A stretch of 64,000 bases of DNA, taken from assembly GCA_036374135.1 (NCBI GenBank), contig DASUUK010000024.1, forward strand, positions 17,305 to 81,304. Reading direction: 5' to 3'. Source of the stretch: Euzebyales bacterium (GTDB lineage Bacteria; Actinomycetota; Nitriliruptoria; Euzebyales; JAHELV01). The notes under the pieces are model-generated. The model saw nothing but the letters and a program-made list of their open reading frames with translations, had not been told where the DNA came from and searched no databases. Made by a program: the position numbers and the translations under genes. Below are positions 38,997-49,165 of the stretch, in pieces. Position 1 is the first letter of the stretch. Every line of letters begins with the position of its first letter.

Positions 38997-41435
38997 TCAC
39001 CGTGCGCCGATCACGACCCAGCCCGCCTTCTCGGGCCCATGGCGCAGCTCACGGTCGCGCGACATGTCCTCGTGGACCCGTACCTGCGCGCGGCGGTCAC
39101 GCAGGTCGCGGTACCGCAACGTGGCGGTGTCCGAGCCCTTGAAGGACTGCATCGCCGACAACAGCACGCCGTCCGGCCGGCTGGCACCGAACCAGATCGT
39201 CCGCCATTGGTGGGTGACCTGCGCACTCGTCCTGCCCGCGCGCAGCCGCTGGCCCGCAAGCCACCCCGAGCCCAGGCTGAAGGCGATGTGGTGCACCGTC
39301 TCGGACCCGTGCAACCGCCCCGACGTGACATCGGACTCCTGACCCTGCAGGCGGACGCTGAAGTCCCCGCGGCGCACGTCGCTGATACGCGTCGTGACCG
39401 GGCGGCCGCTGAACGTGCTCGCCACCGTGGCGAGCACGACGGGGGCGCGGTCGAACGGCGTCGAGAAGCGCCTGCGCCGACGGCCGTCCGCACCGGTCAT
39501 GGCACCCGCCTCGATGGTCATGTTGCCGAGCCTGTGCCTGCCCGGCTCCGCCGCCACGTAGCCGATGGTCTCGAACGTGTGGCTGCCGTCCTGGTAGGGC
39601 CACTCCTCCAGCCTGAGCTGGAAGCCAGTCGTCGTGACGTTGCGGATGCGCGTGTGCACGGGCGCACTGCCGTTGAACGAGGCGTCGCCGACCACCACGA
39701 CGGGTCGGCGCGCGAACGGGCGCTTGAACGTCGCGGTGATCCAGCGTCCGCCCAGGTCGCTGTTGGCGAGCGTCAGGTCGCCGGCCTGGACCGCAGTGGT
39801 GCTGGGTGCGCTGACGGTGTTCAACCGCAGGATCGACGCCTCGGACGGCACACCGTTGCTGTCGATCGCGAACAGCATGTACTGGCCGGGCGGCGCGATC
39901 CGCGCGTTGGGCGGCCCGGAGACCGTCAGGGTGTCGCCGCTCTGCGTGAAGTCGAGTGGCACCCGTCGCTGGTCCATGTCGAAGCTGTGGGTGGTCGATC
40001 CCGAGCGGACGAGGACGACCTGGGAGATCGTGCGGGAGCCGCCGAGGTCGACGGCGAAGCTGCCGCCGTAGCGGACCGGGGTGTGGCTGGTGATCACCGG
40101 GCGGCTCGCGAGCTGACCGGACCCGTCACGGGCGAACAGGTACGGCGGGTGGTAGATCTCCGCGTTGAGGTTGACGACCGGTCCGGGCGGACCGCCGCCG
40201 GCGGTCAGCACGGTGGCGTCGGGCAGGAGGACGGCGCTGGAGTGGTACAGCCGCGCCCGCGCGGCCGCCGCGCCCCGGTGCCACGTGCCGGTGGCCGGAT
40301 CCCACAGCTCGGCCGCGCGGACGGCGTAGGCGAGCCGCTGGGTCTGGCTCGCACCGCCGGTCACGAGCACCTGCCCGTCGGGCAGGACGGTCGCGTCCGC
40401 CCACGAGCGGTAGGACCCCAGCGACGCGGTCGGCGTCACGCGCGGGCTCGCCCCGTTGATGTCGATCACCGACGCCTGGCCCCCCGCCTTCGTGAGCAGG
40501 ATCCTGCCGATGTCGAACATCGCGGCCGGCGTGGTGTTGTTCGTCGTCGACCCCGGGTAGGTCCCCAGCCTCGTCATTGACCCACTGCCGGACGGGTTCA
40601 ACGACCACATGCCCCGGTCACCCTTGGTCACGATGAACACCCGACCGTTCGGTGCCACCCAGCTGCGCGGGTAGAACCACCGACCGCTGCCGTACACGTC
40701 CGACGACGTTGCGCCGGTCAACCGCCGCCAGCCGTTCGTCGGGTGGTAGGCCTCGGGCATGGTCGCCGGGGTGGCGTCCGGCTTGTCGTCGCGACCGCCG
40801 TGGACGAGGACCTCGCCGTTGGGCATCGTCGTGACCGTCGGATACCAACGGGCGCGGGACATCGAGTCCGCGAGACGCGTGACGGTGCGGCTGGCGGGGT
40901 CGAACAGGTTGACGTCGTCGACAGCGTCGTTCTCCGTGCCGCCCGGGAACCCGTACTCCTCGCCCCCGGTCAGCAGCACCTGGCCATTCCACGGCAGCAC
41001 GGTCTGCGCGCTGCAGAACAGGTTGGTGCTCGTCCCGACCGGCAGCGTCGTGTGGCTCGACGCGCCCATGCCCTTCGTCGGGTCCCACACGTCGTACGTG
41101 AAGCCCTTGGAGTTGCGTCCGTTCTCGTCGGTGCCGTACGTCATGACCGTGCCGTCGGGCAGGACGATGCCGTGGATGGCGCTCAACGGCCACTGCACGG
41201 GATCCGTCCAGACGCCATCGATGTGCGCACGCGGATCGCCGGTCACGTCCATCGCACGTGTCAGTGCCGCGCCATCCTCCGCCCCCTCGACGACGGGGCC
41301 CGACGGCCCGTCCTCGTCGACGACGTCGCGGAGCGGCGCCGCGGCGCCGGCGGGAGCCGCAGTCATCACGAGCACCATCGTGACGGTCGCCGCGAGGGCC
41401 GAGCCGACTGCACGTTGACTGCGCACTCTGTGCAC
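38997..41435 (-). CDS. Secreted radical copper oxidase (galactose/glyoxal oxidase, GlxA-like) with three C-terminal lectin-like repeats
   Basis: A Kelch-type propeller carries the oxidase ligand motifs ([43 protein letters not shown]) and a DUF1929-like domain. It is followed by 3 repeats of F..PF...PVV....VT..GF.....W pattern. The start is placed at GTG 41435 after GGGAGA, giving the signal peptide [31 protein letters not shown]. Confidence 0.85.
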   Translation of the reverse strand: MHRVRSQRAVGSALAATVTMVLVMTAAPAGAAAPLRDVVDEDGPSGPVVEGAEDGAALTRAMDVTGDPRAHIDGVWTDPVQWPLSAIHGIVLPDGTVMTYGTDENGRNSKGFTYDVWDPTKGMGASSHTTLPVGTSTNLFCSAQTVLPWNGQVLLTGGEEYGFPGGTENDAVDDVNLFDPASRTVTRLADSMSRARWYPTVTTMPNGEVLVHGGRDDKPDATPATMPEAYHPTNGWRRLTGATSSDVYGSGRWFYPRSWVAPNGRVFIVTKGDRGMWSLNPSGSGSMTRLGTYPGSTTNNTTPAAMFDIGRILLTKAGGQASVIDINGASPRVTPTASLGSYRSWADATVLPDGQVLVTGGASQTQRLAYAVRAAELWDPATGTWHRGAAAARARLYHSSAVLLPDATVLTAGGGPPGPVVNLNAEIYHPPYLFARDGSGQLASRPVITSHTPVRYGGSFAVDLGGSRTISQVVLVRSGSTTHSFDMDQRRVPLDFTQSGDTLTVSGPPNARIAPPGQYMLFAIDSNGVPSEASILRLNTVSAPSTTAVQAGDLTLANSDLGGRWITATFKRPFARRPVVVVGDASFNGSAPVHTRIRNVTTTGFQLRLEEWPYQDGSHTFETIGYVAAEPGRHRLGNMTIEAGAMTGADGRRRRRFSTPFDRAPVVLATVASTFSGRPVTTRISDVRRGDFSVRLQGQESDVTSGRLHGSETVHHIAFSLGSGWLAGQRLRAGRTSAQVTHQWRTIWFGASRPDGVLLSAMQSFKGSDTATLRYRDLRDRRAQVRVHEDMSRDRELRHGPEKAGWVVIGAR

Positions 41436-41649
41436 CGATCTCCCGCCGCAGGAGTGGAACAGGCCGTGGAGTTGTCCGCGTGGGACGGTACCGCGCGGCG
41501 CCGCCACATGGAACACCGACATGGGCACGACGTATCGTTCAGCCCCCACTGTGGGTATGAACCTACGCTCGGGCCGGCGACGCACGTCCCGCGGATCTGA
41601 TCGCACACGTGCGCCTGTCGTACCGTGCGATCATGAGGAGGCGACGGCC

Positions 41650-43140
41650 ATGGCCGAACGACCCATGCAGACCTCCGTGGATCCTGGTTCCACGCGACAC
41701 GGGCAGGAGCGGCTTCACCGCGTTGAGAACTTCATCGACGGGCGGCTGCAGCCCGCTGAAGACGGACCCACTGCGCCGCTCATCGATCCGTCGACCGGTC
41801 TCGAGCTCGCCCGCGCGCCGGTCTCGGGCACCGCTGACGTCGACGCCGCCTGTCGGGCGGCGGCGCGTGCGTTCGACACATGGCGTCGGGTGCCACCAGC
41901 GGAGCGCAGCCGGGCGCTGCTGCGCATCGCCGACGCGTTCGAGGAGCACGCCGAGGCGCTGATCCGCGCGGAGTGCGACAACACGGGCAAGCCGTACCAG
42001 ATGACGCTCGAGGGCGAGCTTCCTGACGCGTGCGACCAGATCCGGTTCTTCGCCGGCGCCGCCCGCGTGCTCGAGGGTCGAGCCGCCGGCGAGTACATGG
42101 CGGGACACACCTCGATGATCCGCCGCGAGCCGGTGGGCGTGTGCGCACAGGTCACGCCGTGGAACTACCCGCTGATGATGGCGGTGTGGAAGTTCGCTCC
42201 CGCCATCGCCGCGGGCAACACGGTCGTGCTCAAGCCCTCGGACACGACGCCGGTCAGCACGGTGATGATGGCGGAGATCATGGCCGAGTTCCTGCCACCC
42301 GGCGTGTTCAACGTCGTGTGCGGGGACCGGGACACGGGGCGGGCCCTGGTGGCCCACGACATCCCCGACATGGTGTCGGTCACCGGGAGCGTGCGTGCGG
42401 GCATGCAGGTCGCAGAGGCCGCCGCCGCCGACCTCAAACGCGTCCACCTCGAGCTGGGCGGCAAGGCGCCCGTCATCGTGTTCGACGACGCCGACCTCGA
42501 CGCTGCGGCCGAGATCATCGCCGGCGCGGCCTACTACAACGCCGGCCAGGACTGCACGGCGGCCACCCGGGTGCTGGCCGCACCCGGCATCCACGACGAC
42601 GTCGTCACCGCACTGGCCGACCAGGCGCGGTCGACGAGGACGGGTGGCCCGTACGAGGACGGTGTCGACTACGGACCGCTCAACAACTCCGAGCAGCTCG
42701 CACGCGTGGCCGGCTTCTTCGAGCGCCGACCGGACCACGCGCAGGTCGTCACCGGCGGGGCGCGGACGGGTGATGGCGGGTTCTTCTGGGCGCCGACCGT
42801 CGTGGCCGACCTGCACCAGGATGATGAGATGATCCAGACGGAGATCTTCGGTCCGGTCATCACCGTCCAGCGCTTCGACGACGAGCAGAAGGCACTGGCC
42901 TGGGGCAACGACGTCGAGTACGGCCTGGCGGCCAGCGTGTGGACCCGTGACCACGGCCGCGCGATGCGCATGGCGGCCGGCCTGGACTTCGGCACCGTGT
43001 GGATCAACACGCACATCCCGGTCGTTGCGGAGATGCCCCACGGTGGCTTCAAGCACACCGGCCACGGCAAGGACCTGTCGATGTACGGGTTCGAGGAGTA
43101 CACGCGGATCAAGCACGTCATGAGCAACATCGAAGGATGA
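41650..43140 (+). CDS. NAD(P)-dependent aldehyde dehydrogenase (aminobutyraldehyde/betaine-aldehyde DH-like)
   Basis: ELGGKAP and GQDCTAATR catalytic motifs. ATG 41650 is preceded by GAGGAGG. The track ORF start (41521) is rejected. Confidence 0.92.
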   Translation: MAERPMQTSVDPGSTRHGQERLHRVENFIDGRLQPAEDGPTAPLIDPSTGLELARAPVSGTADVDAACRAAARAFDTWRRVPPAERSRALLRIADAFEEHAEALIRAECDNTGKPYQMTLEGELPDACDQIRFFAGAARVLEGRAAGEYMAGHTSMIRREPVGVCAQVTPWNYPLMMAVWKFAPAIAAGNTVVLKPSDTTPVSTVMMAEIMAEFLPPGVFNVVCGDRDTGRALVAHDIPDMVSVTGSVRAGMQVAEAAAADLKRVHLELGGKAPVIVFDDADLDAAAEIIAGAAYYNAGQDCTAATRVLAAPGIHDDVVTALADQARSTRTGGPYEDGVDYGPLNNSEQLARVAGFFERRPDHAQVVTGGARTGDGGFFWAPTVVADLHQDDEMIQTEIFGPVITVQRFDDEQKALAWGNDVEYGLAASVWTRDHGRAMRMAAGLDFGTVWINTHIPVVAEMPHGGFKHTGHGKDLSMYGFEEYTRIKHVMSNIEG

Positions 43141-43144
43141 GCGA

Positions 43145-43180
43145 ATGACCTCAAGCAGCGAAGCGGTAGGTCACGACCAG
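43145..43180 (+). repeat. Copy B of the 36-nt ATG-hairpin element
   Basis: 33 of 36 positions match 31971-32006. It starts 4 nt after the aldehyde dehydrogenase stop and forms the first 12 codons (MTSSSEAVGHDQ) of the aminotransferase. Confidence 0.8.
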
Positions 43181-44587
43181 TCGAATAGCGCCCACACGCT
43201 GGCAGACGGACACCTGTGGCTGCACTTCACGCGCACGAACGACTGGATGGGCCCCGAACCATCGATCCCGGTGCTCGACCGGGGCGAGGGGTGCTACGTC
43301 TGGGACGTGGAGGGCCACCGCTACCTCGACGGCCTGTCGGCCCTGTTCTGCGTGCAGGTCGGTTACGGACGTCCCGAGATGGTCGAGGCGGCCGCGCGGC
43401 AGATGCGCAAGCTGCCGTTCGCGACCAACTGGGCGACGGCGCACCAGCCGGCGATCGACCTTGCCGCGCAGCTCGCCGAGCGCTTCCCCGCCGACCTGAA
43501 CCACGCGTTCTTCGTCAACTCCGGATCCGAGGCCGTCGAGTCGGCACTCAAGCTCGCGCGCCAGTACCACGCCGCACGCGGCGACCCGCAGCGGCACAAG
43601 ATCATCAGCCGCCACTACGCGTACCACGGCACCACGCTGGGCGCTCTGGGCGTCACCGGTCTGCAGTCGCTGACGGAGCCGTTCGAGCCGTTGGCACCCG
43701 GCCACATCCACGTCGCGAACACCAACAGCTACCGGCCGCAGACCGACGACCCGGCAGGGGCGATCGAGGAGGCGATCGAGCAGGCTGGCCCCGAGACCGT
43801 GTCGGCTGTCTTCCTGGAGCCCGTGCAGAACGCCGGCGGCTGCTTCCTGCCCCCCGAGGGGTACTTCCAGCGGGTCCGCGACATCTGCGACCGGCACGGC
43901 GTGTTGCTGGTGTCCGACGAGGTGATCTGCGCGTTCGGGCGGCTCGGCACGTGGACCGGTGCCGAGAGGTACGACTACCTGCCCGACATCATCACGTTTG
44001 CCAAGGGCGTCACGTCCGCTTATGCGCCGCTGGGCGGCATGGTGTTCCGCAGCGAGCTCGCGCGCGCGCTCAACAAGGAACCGACCGACATGTTCCTCCA
44101 CGGATCAACGTGGGGCGGGCATCCGGTGGCGTGCGCCGTCGCGAGCGCCAACATCGGCGTGTTCGAGTCCGACGACGTGCTCGGCAACGTGCAACGCAAC
44201 GAGGCCTGGTTCGGCGAACAGCTCCGCGAGCTGTATCGACGTCACGAGATCGTCGGCGACGTGCGCGGCACGGGGTACTTCTGGGCGCTGGAGCTGGTCA
44301 AGGATCGCGACCGCAGGATCGGGTTCGACGACCGGGAGTCCGAGGAGCTGCTGCGGGGCTTCCTGTCGCGTCGCCTGTTGGAGCTCGGGCTCATCTGCCG
44401 TGCCGACGACCGCGACGAACCGGTGATCCAGATCTCGCCACCGCTCGTCGCGGATCGTGCGGTGCTCGGCGAGCTCGTCGACACGCTCGACATCGTGCTG
44501 GGCGAGGCGGTCCTGCGGCTCCACCCGCGCCTCGGGGCACCCGAGCCCGACCGGTCAGCGGGCGGGCCGGGCACCAGCGCGCCCTGA
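43145..44587 (+). CDS. Class-III (omega) aminotransferase
   Basis: 480 aa. HLWLHFT, NSGSEAVESALKLAR, DEVICAFGRLG and the PLP lysine in ITFAKGVTSAYAPLGG. GAAGGA lies 8 nt upstream of the ATG. Confidence 0.9.
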   Translation: MTSSSEAVGHDQSNSAHTLADGHLWLHFTRTNDWMGPEPSIPVLDRGEGCYVWDVEGHRYLDGLSALFCVQVGYGRPEMVEAAARQMRKLPFATNWATAHQPAIDLAAQLAERFPADLNHAFFVNSGSEAVESALKLARQYHAARGDPQRHKIISRHYAYHGTTLGALGVTGLQSLTEPFEPLAPGHIHVANTNSYRPQTDDPAGAIEEAIEQAGPETVSAVFLEPVQNAGGCFLPPEGYFQRVRDICDRHGVLLVSDEVICAFGRLGTWTGAERYDYLPDIITFAKGVTSAYAPLGGMVFRSELARALNKEPTDMFLHGSTWGGHPVACAVASANIGVFESDDVLGNVQRNEAWFGEQLRELYRRHEIVGDVRGTGYFWALELVKDRDRRIGFDDRESEELLRGFLSRRLLELGLICRADDRDEPVIQISPPLVADRAVLGELVDTLDIVLGEAVLRLHPRLGAPEPDRSAGGPGTSAP

Positions 44588-44623
44588 GACGCGACGACAA
44601 CCACCGATCCAGGAGGAGCACAC

Positions 44624-45679
44624 ATGCGCATCGGCCTACCGACCGAGATCAAGGACCGCGAGCAGCGGGTCGCGCTGGACCCGAACGCCGTCTCGGCGGC
44701 CGTGCGCGACGACCATGACGTGGTCGTGCAGGCGGGCGCGGGAGCGGGCGCCGGATTCGACGACGCCGAGTACGCGAAGGTCGGCGCCGAGATCGTGGAT
44801 ACGGCCGCCGAGGCGTGGGCGGCCGACCTGGTGGTCAAGGTCAAGGAGCCGCAACCGGAGGAGTACGACCACTTCCGCGACGACCTGACGCTGTTCACGT
44901 ACCTGCACCTGGCCGCCGAACCGCGCCTGGCGGACGCGCTGATCGACAGCGGGGTCACCGCGTTCGCGTACGAGACCCTGACCGAGAAAGGCAAGTTGCC
45001 GCTGCTGGCGCCGATGAGCGAGATCGCAGGACGCGTCGCGCCGATCGCCGGCGCCAGCTACCTCGCCGCCCACCGCGGCGGGTCGGGTGTCCTGATCGGC
45101 GGGGCGGCGGGCGTTCCGCAGGCCCGGGTGGTGGTGGTCGGGCTCGGGGTCGCGGGCGGGCTGGCGGCGCGCGGTGCCAAGGGACTCGACGCGGTCGTGG
45201 TCGGTGTCGACGTGGACCTCGCCCGCCTTGGTGAGGCCGCCCACGACGGGGACGTCACGACCACGGTCGCGTCGAACGAGCGGGCGGTCGGCGAGGTCGT
45301 GCGCGACGCCGATCTGGTCATCGGCGCCGCGTTGGTGCCCGGAGCGCGCGCACCCGTGGTGGTGACCGAGGAGCACGTCGCGTCGATGCGCCCGGGTTCG
45401 GTGATCGTCGATCTGGCGATCGACCAGGGCGGCTGCATCGCGACCGCGCGACCGACCACGTTGTCCGAACCGGTGTACACGGCCCACGACGTCGTCCATT
45501 ACTGCGTGACCAACGTGCCCGGCCAGTACCCGCGGACCGCCAGCCGCGCGCTGTCCGCCGCTGTGGCGCCGCGCCTGCTCGCGCTGGCGTCCGATCCCGG
45601 ATCCACGAAGCTCGAGGGTGCCCTCAACGTGCGCGACGGCGAGATCACACACCCTGTCGTCGCCGCGGCGCTGGGCTGA
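44624..45679 (+). CDS. ald: Alanine dehydrogenase
   Basis: MRIGLPTEIKDREQRVAL, VKVKEP, APMSEIAGR, a VVGLGVAG Rossmann motif and DLAIDQGGC. Confidence 0.93.
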   Translation: MRIGLPTEIKDREQRVALDPNAVSAAVRDDHDVVVQAGAGAGAGFDDAEYAKVGAEIVDTAAEAWAADLVVKVKEPQPEEYDHFRDDLTLFTYLHLAAEPRLADALIDSGVTAFAYETLTEKGKLPLLAPMSEIAGRVAPIAGASYLAAHRGGSGVLIGGAAGVPQARVVVVGLGVAGGLAARGAKGLDAVVVGVDVDLARLGEAAHDGDVTTTVASNERAVGEVVRDADLVIGAALVPGARAPVVVTEEHVASMRPGSVIVDLAIDQGGCIATARPTTLSEPVYTAHDVVHYCVTNVPGQYPRTASRALSAAVAPRLLALASDPGSTKLEGALNVRDGEITHPVVAAALG

Positions 45680-45733
45680 CCGTCGACGATCCGCGCGGCG
45701 CGGCGGACCACTTGCCAGACCCGTACAGTCACC

Positions 45734-46414
45734 GTGATGACGAACCACCTGCGCGTCAGGGGTGTGCTCCGGCTGCTGGCCGCGCTCACAGCGCTGGCTG
45801 CGATCGCCGGATGCACTCCCACGACGACGACGGCGACGCTGGCGGCCGCAGACGACGCGGCCGTGACGGCACCGGGGTGGAACGGCGTGGCGGTCGACGG
45901 CGCGCCGCGGATGCCCGCGCAGTCATTCACCGCCGCCGACGGCCGGCCGTTCGACCTCGCCGCAGCGATGCGCGAGCGCCCGACGCTGGTCTACTTCGGG
46001 TACACGAACTGCCCGGACATGTGCCCGGTCCACATGGCCAACATCGCTGCGGCGCTGGACGAGACCACCGTGGACCCGGCCCAGGTGAACGTCGTGCTCG
46101 TCACCGCCGACCCGGAGCGGGACACGCCCGAGGTGCTCGGCGAGTTCCTCGAGACCTTCGACCGCTCGTTCATCGGCCTGTGGGCGCCGCGCGAGGAGGT
46201 CGACGCGGTGCTGCATGGTCTGGGGCTGCCGCCGTCGACGATCGAGGAGGACGACGACGGGCAGGGCCGGGACGGCCACGGCTACACGGTCGGTCATCCC
46301 TCGCAGGTGTTCGCCTTCGACACCACGGGACGTGCGCGGCTCGCCTACCCGTTCGGCACACGACAGTCACAATGGGTGGAGGACCTGCCGAAGCTGGTGC
46401 GGGAGTGGTCATGA
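45734..46414 (+). CDS. SCO1/SenC family copper chaperone lipoprotein
   Basis: Lipobox LAAIAGC, a thioredoxin-like CxxxC (FGYTNCPDMCP) and a downstream His (YTVGHPSQVF). Confidence 0.85.
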   Translation: MMTNHLRVRGVLRLLAALTALAAIAGCTPTTTTATLAAADDAAVTAPGWNGVAVDGAPRMPAQSFTAADGRPFDLAAAMRERPTLVYFGYTNCPDMCPVHMANIAAALDETTVDPAQVNVVLVTADPERDTPEVLGEFLETFDRSFIGLWAPREEVDAVLHGLGLPPSTIEEDDDGQGRDGHGYTVGHPSQVFAFDTTGRARLAYPFGTRQSQWVEDLPKLVREWS

Positions 46415-46447
46415 GGCCGCGACCGAGCGAGGCGCCTGACCGGACGG

Positions 46448-47386
46448 GTGGATGACGTGGACCAGATCAGTTGGTGGTGCTCCGGGACGCTGGGCCAACC
46501 ATGGACCTGGGAGTACCGGCCGCTGCTCGGCGTCTGGCTGCTCGCTGCCGCGCTCGGTGGTGCGTACGCGTTCGCGATGTGGCACCATCACACGTCGACC
46601 GCACCGCGGTCGCCGTCGTCGGGCCACTACGCGGTGCGGTTCACCGCCGCGCTCGTGCTGCTGGTCGTGTCGTCGGAGTGGCCGCTGGGACCCCTGGGTG
46701 CCGGGTACCTCGCCAGCATCGCCGCGTTGCGGATGCTGCTGCTGACCTTCGGGGTCGCGCCACTGCTGCTGGTCGGCACGCCCCCGTGGATGCTGCGCGC
46801 GCTGCTCGGCGTCGACGGCGGCTCAGGTGACCGACCGCGACGGCGGCTGCGCCTCGCGCAGGTGCTGACCTTCCCGTGGGTCGCGTTCCTGCTGTTCAAC
46901 GTCACGTTGATCGTCACGCAACTGCCGCCGGTCGTCGACACCATGAAGATCACCCAGCTCGGGTCGTTCGGGCTGGACATCGCCTGGCTGGCCGCATCGA
47001 TCATCGTGTGGGTGCCGATCGTCCGACCGGTCCCCGAGCTCGGTGGGTTGGGCGACCCGATGCGTCTGCTGTACCTGTTCGGCCTCTCGGTGCTGCCCAC
47101 GGTGCCCGCGTCGTTCCTGACGTTCTCGCGGTTCCCGCTGTACCGGCTGTACGAGCTGGCACCGCGCGTGTTCGATCCGATCGACGCGGTGCTGGATCAG
47201 CAGATCGCCGGCCTGAGCCTGAAGGTCGGCGGCGGGATCCTGCTGTGGACGGCGATGACCGTCCTGTTCTTCCGGTGGGCCGCACAGGAGCAGCCCGACG
47301 CGGTGCAGTCGGTCAGCTGGGCGCGCTTCGAGCGCGATCTGGAGCGCCACGACCTGCGCAGTCACCGCGAGCGCCCGCCGTCCTGA
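46448..47386 (+). CDS. Cytochrome c oxidase assembly factor CtaG-like membrane protein
   Basis: 312 aa with about 7 TM segments. The pattern (W.W......L...A..Y..........W) resembles Caa3_CtaG, and the gene is adjacent to Sco. GTG start. Confidence 0.75.
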   Translation: MDDVDQISWWCSGTLGQPWTWEYRPLLGVWLLAAALGGAYAFAMWHHHTSTAPRSPSSGHYAVRFTAALVLLVVSSEWPLGPLGAGYLASIAALRMLLLTFGVAPLLLVGTPPWMLRALLGVDGGSGDRPRRRLRLAQVLTFPWVAFLLFNVTLIVTQLPPVVDTMKITQLGSFGLDIAWLAASIIVWVPIVRPVPELGGLGDPMRLLYLFGLSVLPTVPASFLTFSRFPLYRLYELAPRVFDPIDAVLDQQIAGLSLKVGGGILLWTAMTVLFFRWAAQEQPDAVQSVSWARFERDLERHDLRSHRERPPS

Positions 47387-47448
47387 CCGCGACCTCATCG
47401 GCAGTCGATGCGCGTCTGGTGGAGTGGAGGTGCGACCGGGCCACGACG

Positions 47449-47479
47449 CCGGGCCCGCGACCGCTGCGCGAGGGCCCGG
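47449..47479. terminator. GC hairpin CCGGGCCC-N15-GGGCCCGG between convergent genes
   Basis: An 8-bp inverted repeat is seen directly in the 211-nt gap between the ctaG-like (+) and lpdA (-) 3' ends. There is no U-tract. Confidence 0.3.
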
Positions 47480-47597
47480 GCTGTCGCGGCTGCTCATCGA
47501 TGAGCTGGGGGCAGGGGTGCGCGAGGCCCTGCACCCCGTCAAGCTCAGCGCCGCGTGGTGGCGTCCGTGCACGGCGTGGCCACGGGTCTAGACCATA

Positions 47598-49037
47598 TCA
47601 GTACACCGCTTCGTCGGGCTGCCTGGCGAGCACCTGACGGGCGGTCTCCTGCAGCGACCCCGCCATCGACGGGTAGATCGTGAACGCGTGCGCGATCTGC
47701 TCGACGGTCAGGCGGTTGCGCACCGCGACGCTGAGCGGCGTCACCAGGTCGCTGGCGCTGTCGGCCACCACGACACCGCCCAGCACGGTGCCCGAACCGC
47801 GCCGGGCATGCAGCTTGACGAAGCCCTCGGTGTGCTCGGTCATCTTGGCCCGCGGGTTGCTGAAGAAGTCGAGCCGGACCGTCTCGATCGCGTTGGATCC
47901 GTGCTCGGCGACCCGCTCCGCCGGGATGCCGACGGAGGCGACCTCCGGGTTGGTGAACACGCACCGCGCGATCACGTCCGACCGCAGCGGCTGCACGCTC
48001 TTGCCGATGAAATGCCAGATGGCGTTGCGACCCTGCATGGCGGCCGTGCTGGCGAGCATCATCCCGCCCGTGACATCGCCGGCCGCGTAGATCGTGAGCA
48101 CGTTCGTGCGGCCCACCCCGTCGACGGGGATCGCCCCCCGCTCCTCGACGTCGACGCCGACGGCGTCGAGGCCGAGATCGTCCGAGGCCGGCACCTGGCC
48201 GACGCAGAACAGCACGTGGCTGCCCTCGAGCCACTCGCCGCGGCCCTCGACGACCTCGCCGTCCTTCGACAGTTCCGCGCGCACGCGGACACCGTCCCCG
48301 GTCACGTCGACGTCGACCGCCCGCCGCTGGCGGTGGATGGTCATCCCCCACCGCTCGAAGCTGTCCTCGATGACGTTCGCAGCATCGGGATCCTCGCTCG
48401 GCAGCACCTGCTCGCGGCTGGACACGAGGTGGACCTCGGCGCCGAACCGTGAGAACGCATGCGCGTACTCGGCTCCGGTGGCGCCCGATCCAACGACGAT
48501 CAGACGCTCCGGCAGCTCCCGCAACCGGAACAGCTCGCGGGCGGTGAACACGCGCTCACCGTCGGGTTGGAAGAACGGAAGGATCCGGGGGTTGGACCCC
48601 GTCGAGATCAGCACCATGTCGCTGCTGATCTCGTAGTTGTCGCCGTCGTCGGGCGTGACCGCCACGTTGCACGGACCGGTCAACCGGCCGCGTCCCCGCA
48701 CGACCTCGACGCCGGCCCGGTCGAGCTTGTCGGCGATGTCGTCGGACTGGTTGCGCGCGAGCGTGGCGACGCGTTCGATGACCGACGCCATGTCGACCAC
48801 GGAGCTCGCGTGCACCTCGGTGCCGTCGGCCAGCCGTACCCCCAGCCGGTCCGCGGACTGCATCCAGCCCATGGCGTCGGCCGACACGATCAACGCCTTC
48901 GAGGGCACGCAGTCCCACAGCACGCTGTTGCCACCGAGCCCTTCGTTGGACACCACGGTGACCCGCGTGCCGTGTTCGGCTGCCACCAGCGCGGCCTCGT
49001 AGCCCGCTGGCCCGCCGCCGATGATCACGATGTGCAT
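47598..49037 (-). CDS. lpdA: Flavoprotein disulfide-reductase family NAD(P)H dehydrogenase (LpdA-like)
   Basis: IVIIGGGPAGYEAA, a single Cys in the WDCVPSK context (not the CxxxxC of true E3), a second Rossmann motif (VVGSGATGAEYA) and a C-terminal dimerisation domain. Confidence 0.85.
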   Translation of the reverse strand: MHIVIIGGGPAGYEAALVAAEHGTRVTVVSNEGLGGNSVLWDCVPSKALIVSADAMGWMQSADRLGVRLADGTEVHASSVVDMASVIERVATLARNQSDDIADKLDRAGVEVVRGRGRLTGPCNVAVTPDDGDNYEISSDMVLISTGSNPRILPFFQPDGERVFTARELFRLRELPERLIVVGSGATGAEYAHAFSRFGAEVHLVSSREQVLPSEDPDAANVIEDSFERWGMTIHRQRRAVDVDVTGDGVRVRAELSKDGEVVEGRGEWLEGSHVLFCVGQVPASDDLGLDAVGVDVEERGAIPVDGVGRTNVLTIYAAGDVTGGMMLASTAAMQGRNAIWHFIGKSVQPLRSDVIARCVFTNPEVASVGIPAERVAEHGSNAIETVRLDFFSNPRAKMTEHTEGFVKLHARRGSGTVLGGVVVADSASDLVTPLSVAVRNRLTVEQIAHAFTIYPSMAGSLQETARQVLARQPDEAVY

Positions 49038-49165
49038 GTGGACCCCCGGTGGTCGCTCGTCCGGACGCGCAGCCTAGTACCCCGTCGCGTCGACCCAGCA
49101 CCGCGCGACACCGGGATGGCCGGGCGCGCGCCACGTCGACCACGGCCGACGGCGCGCGACCGGGG

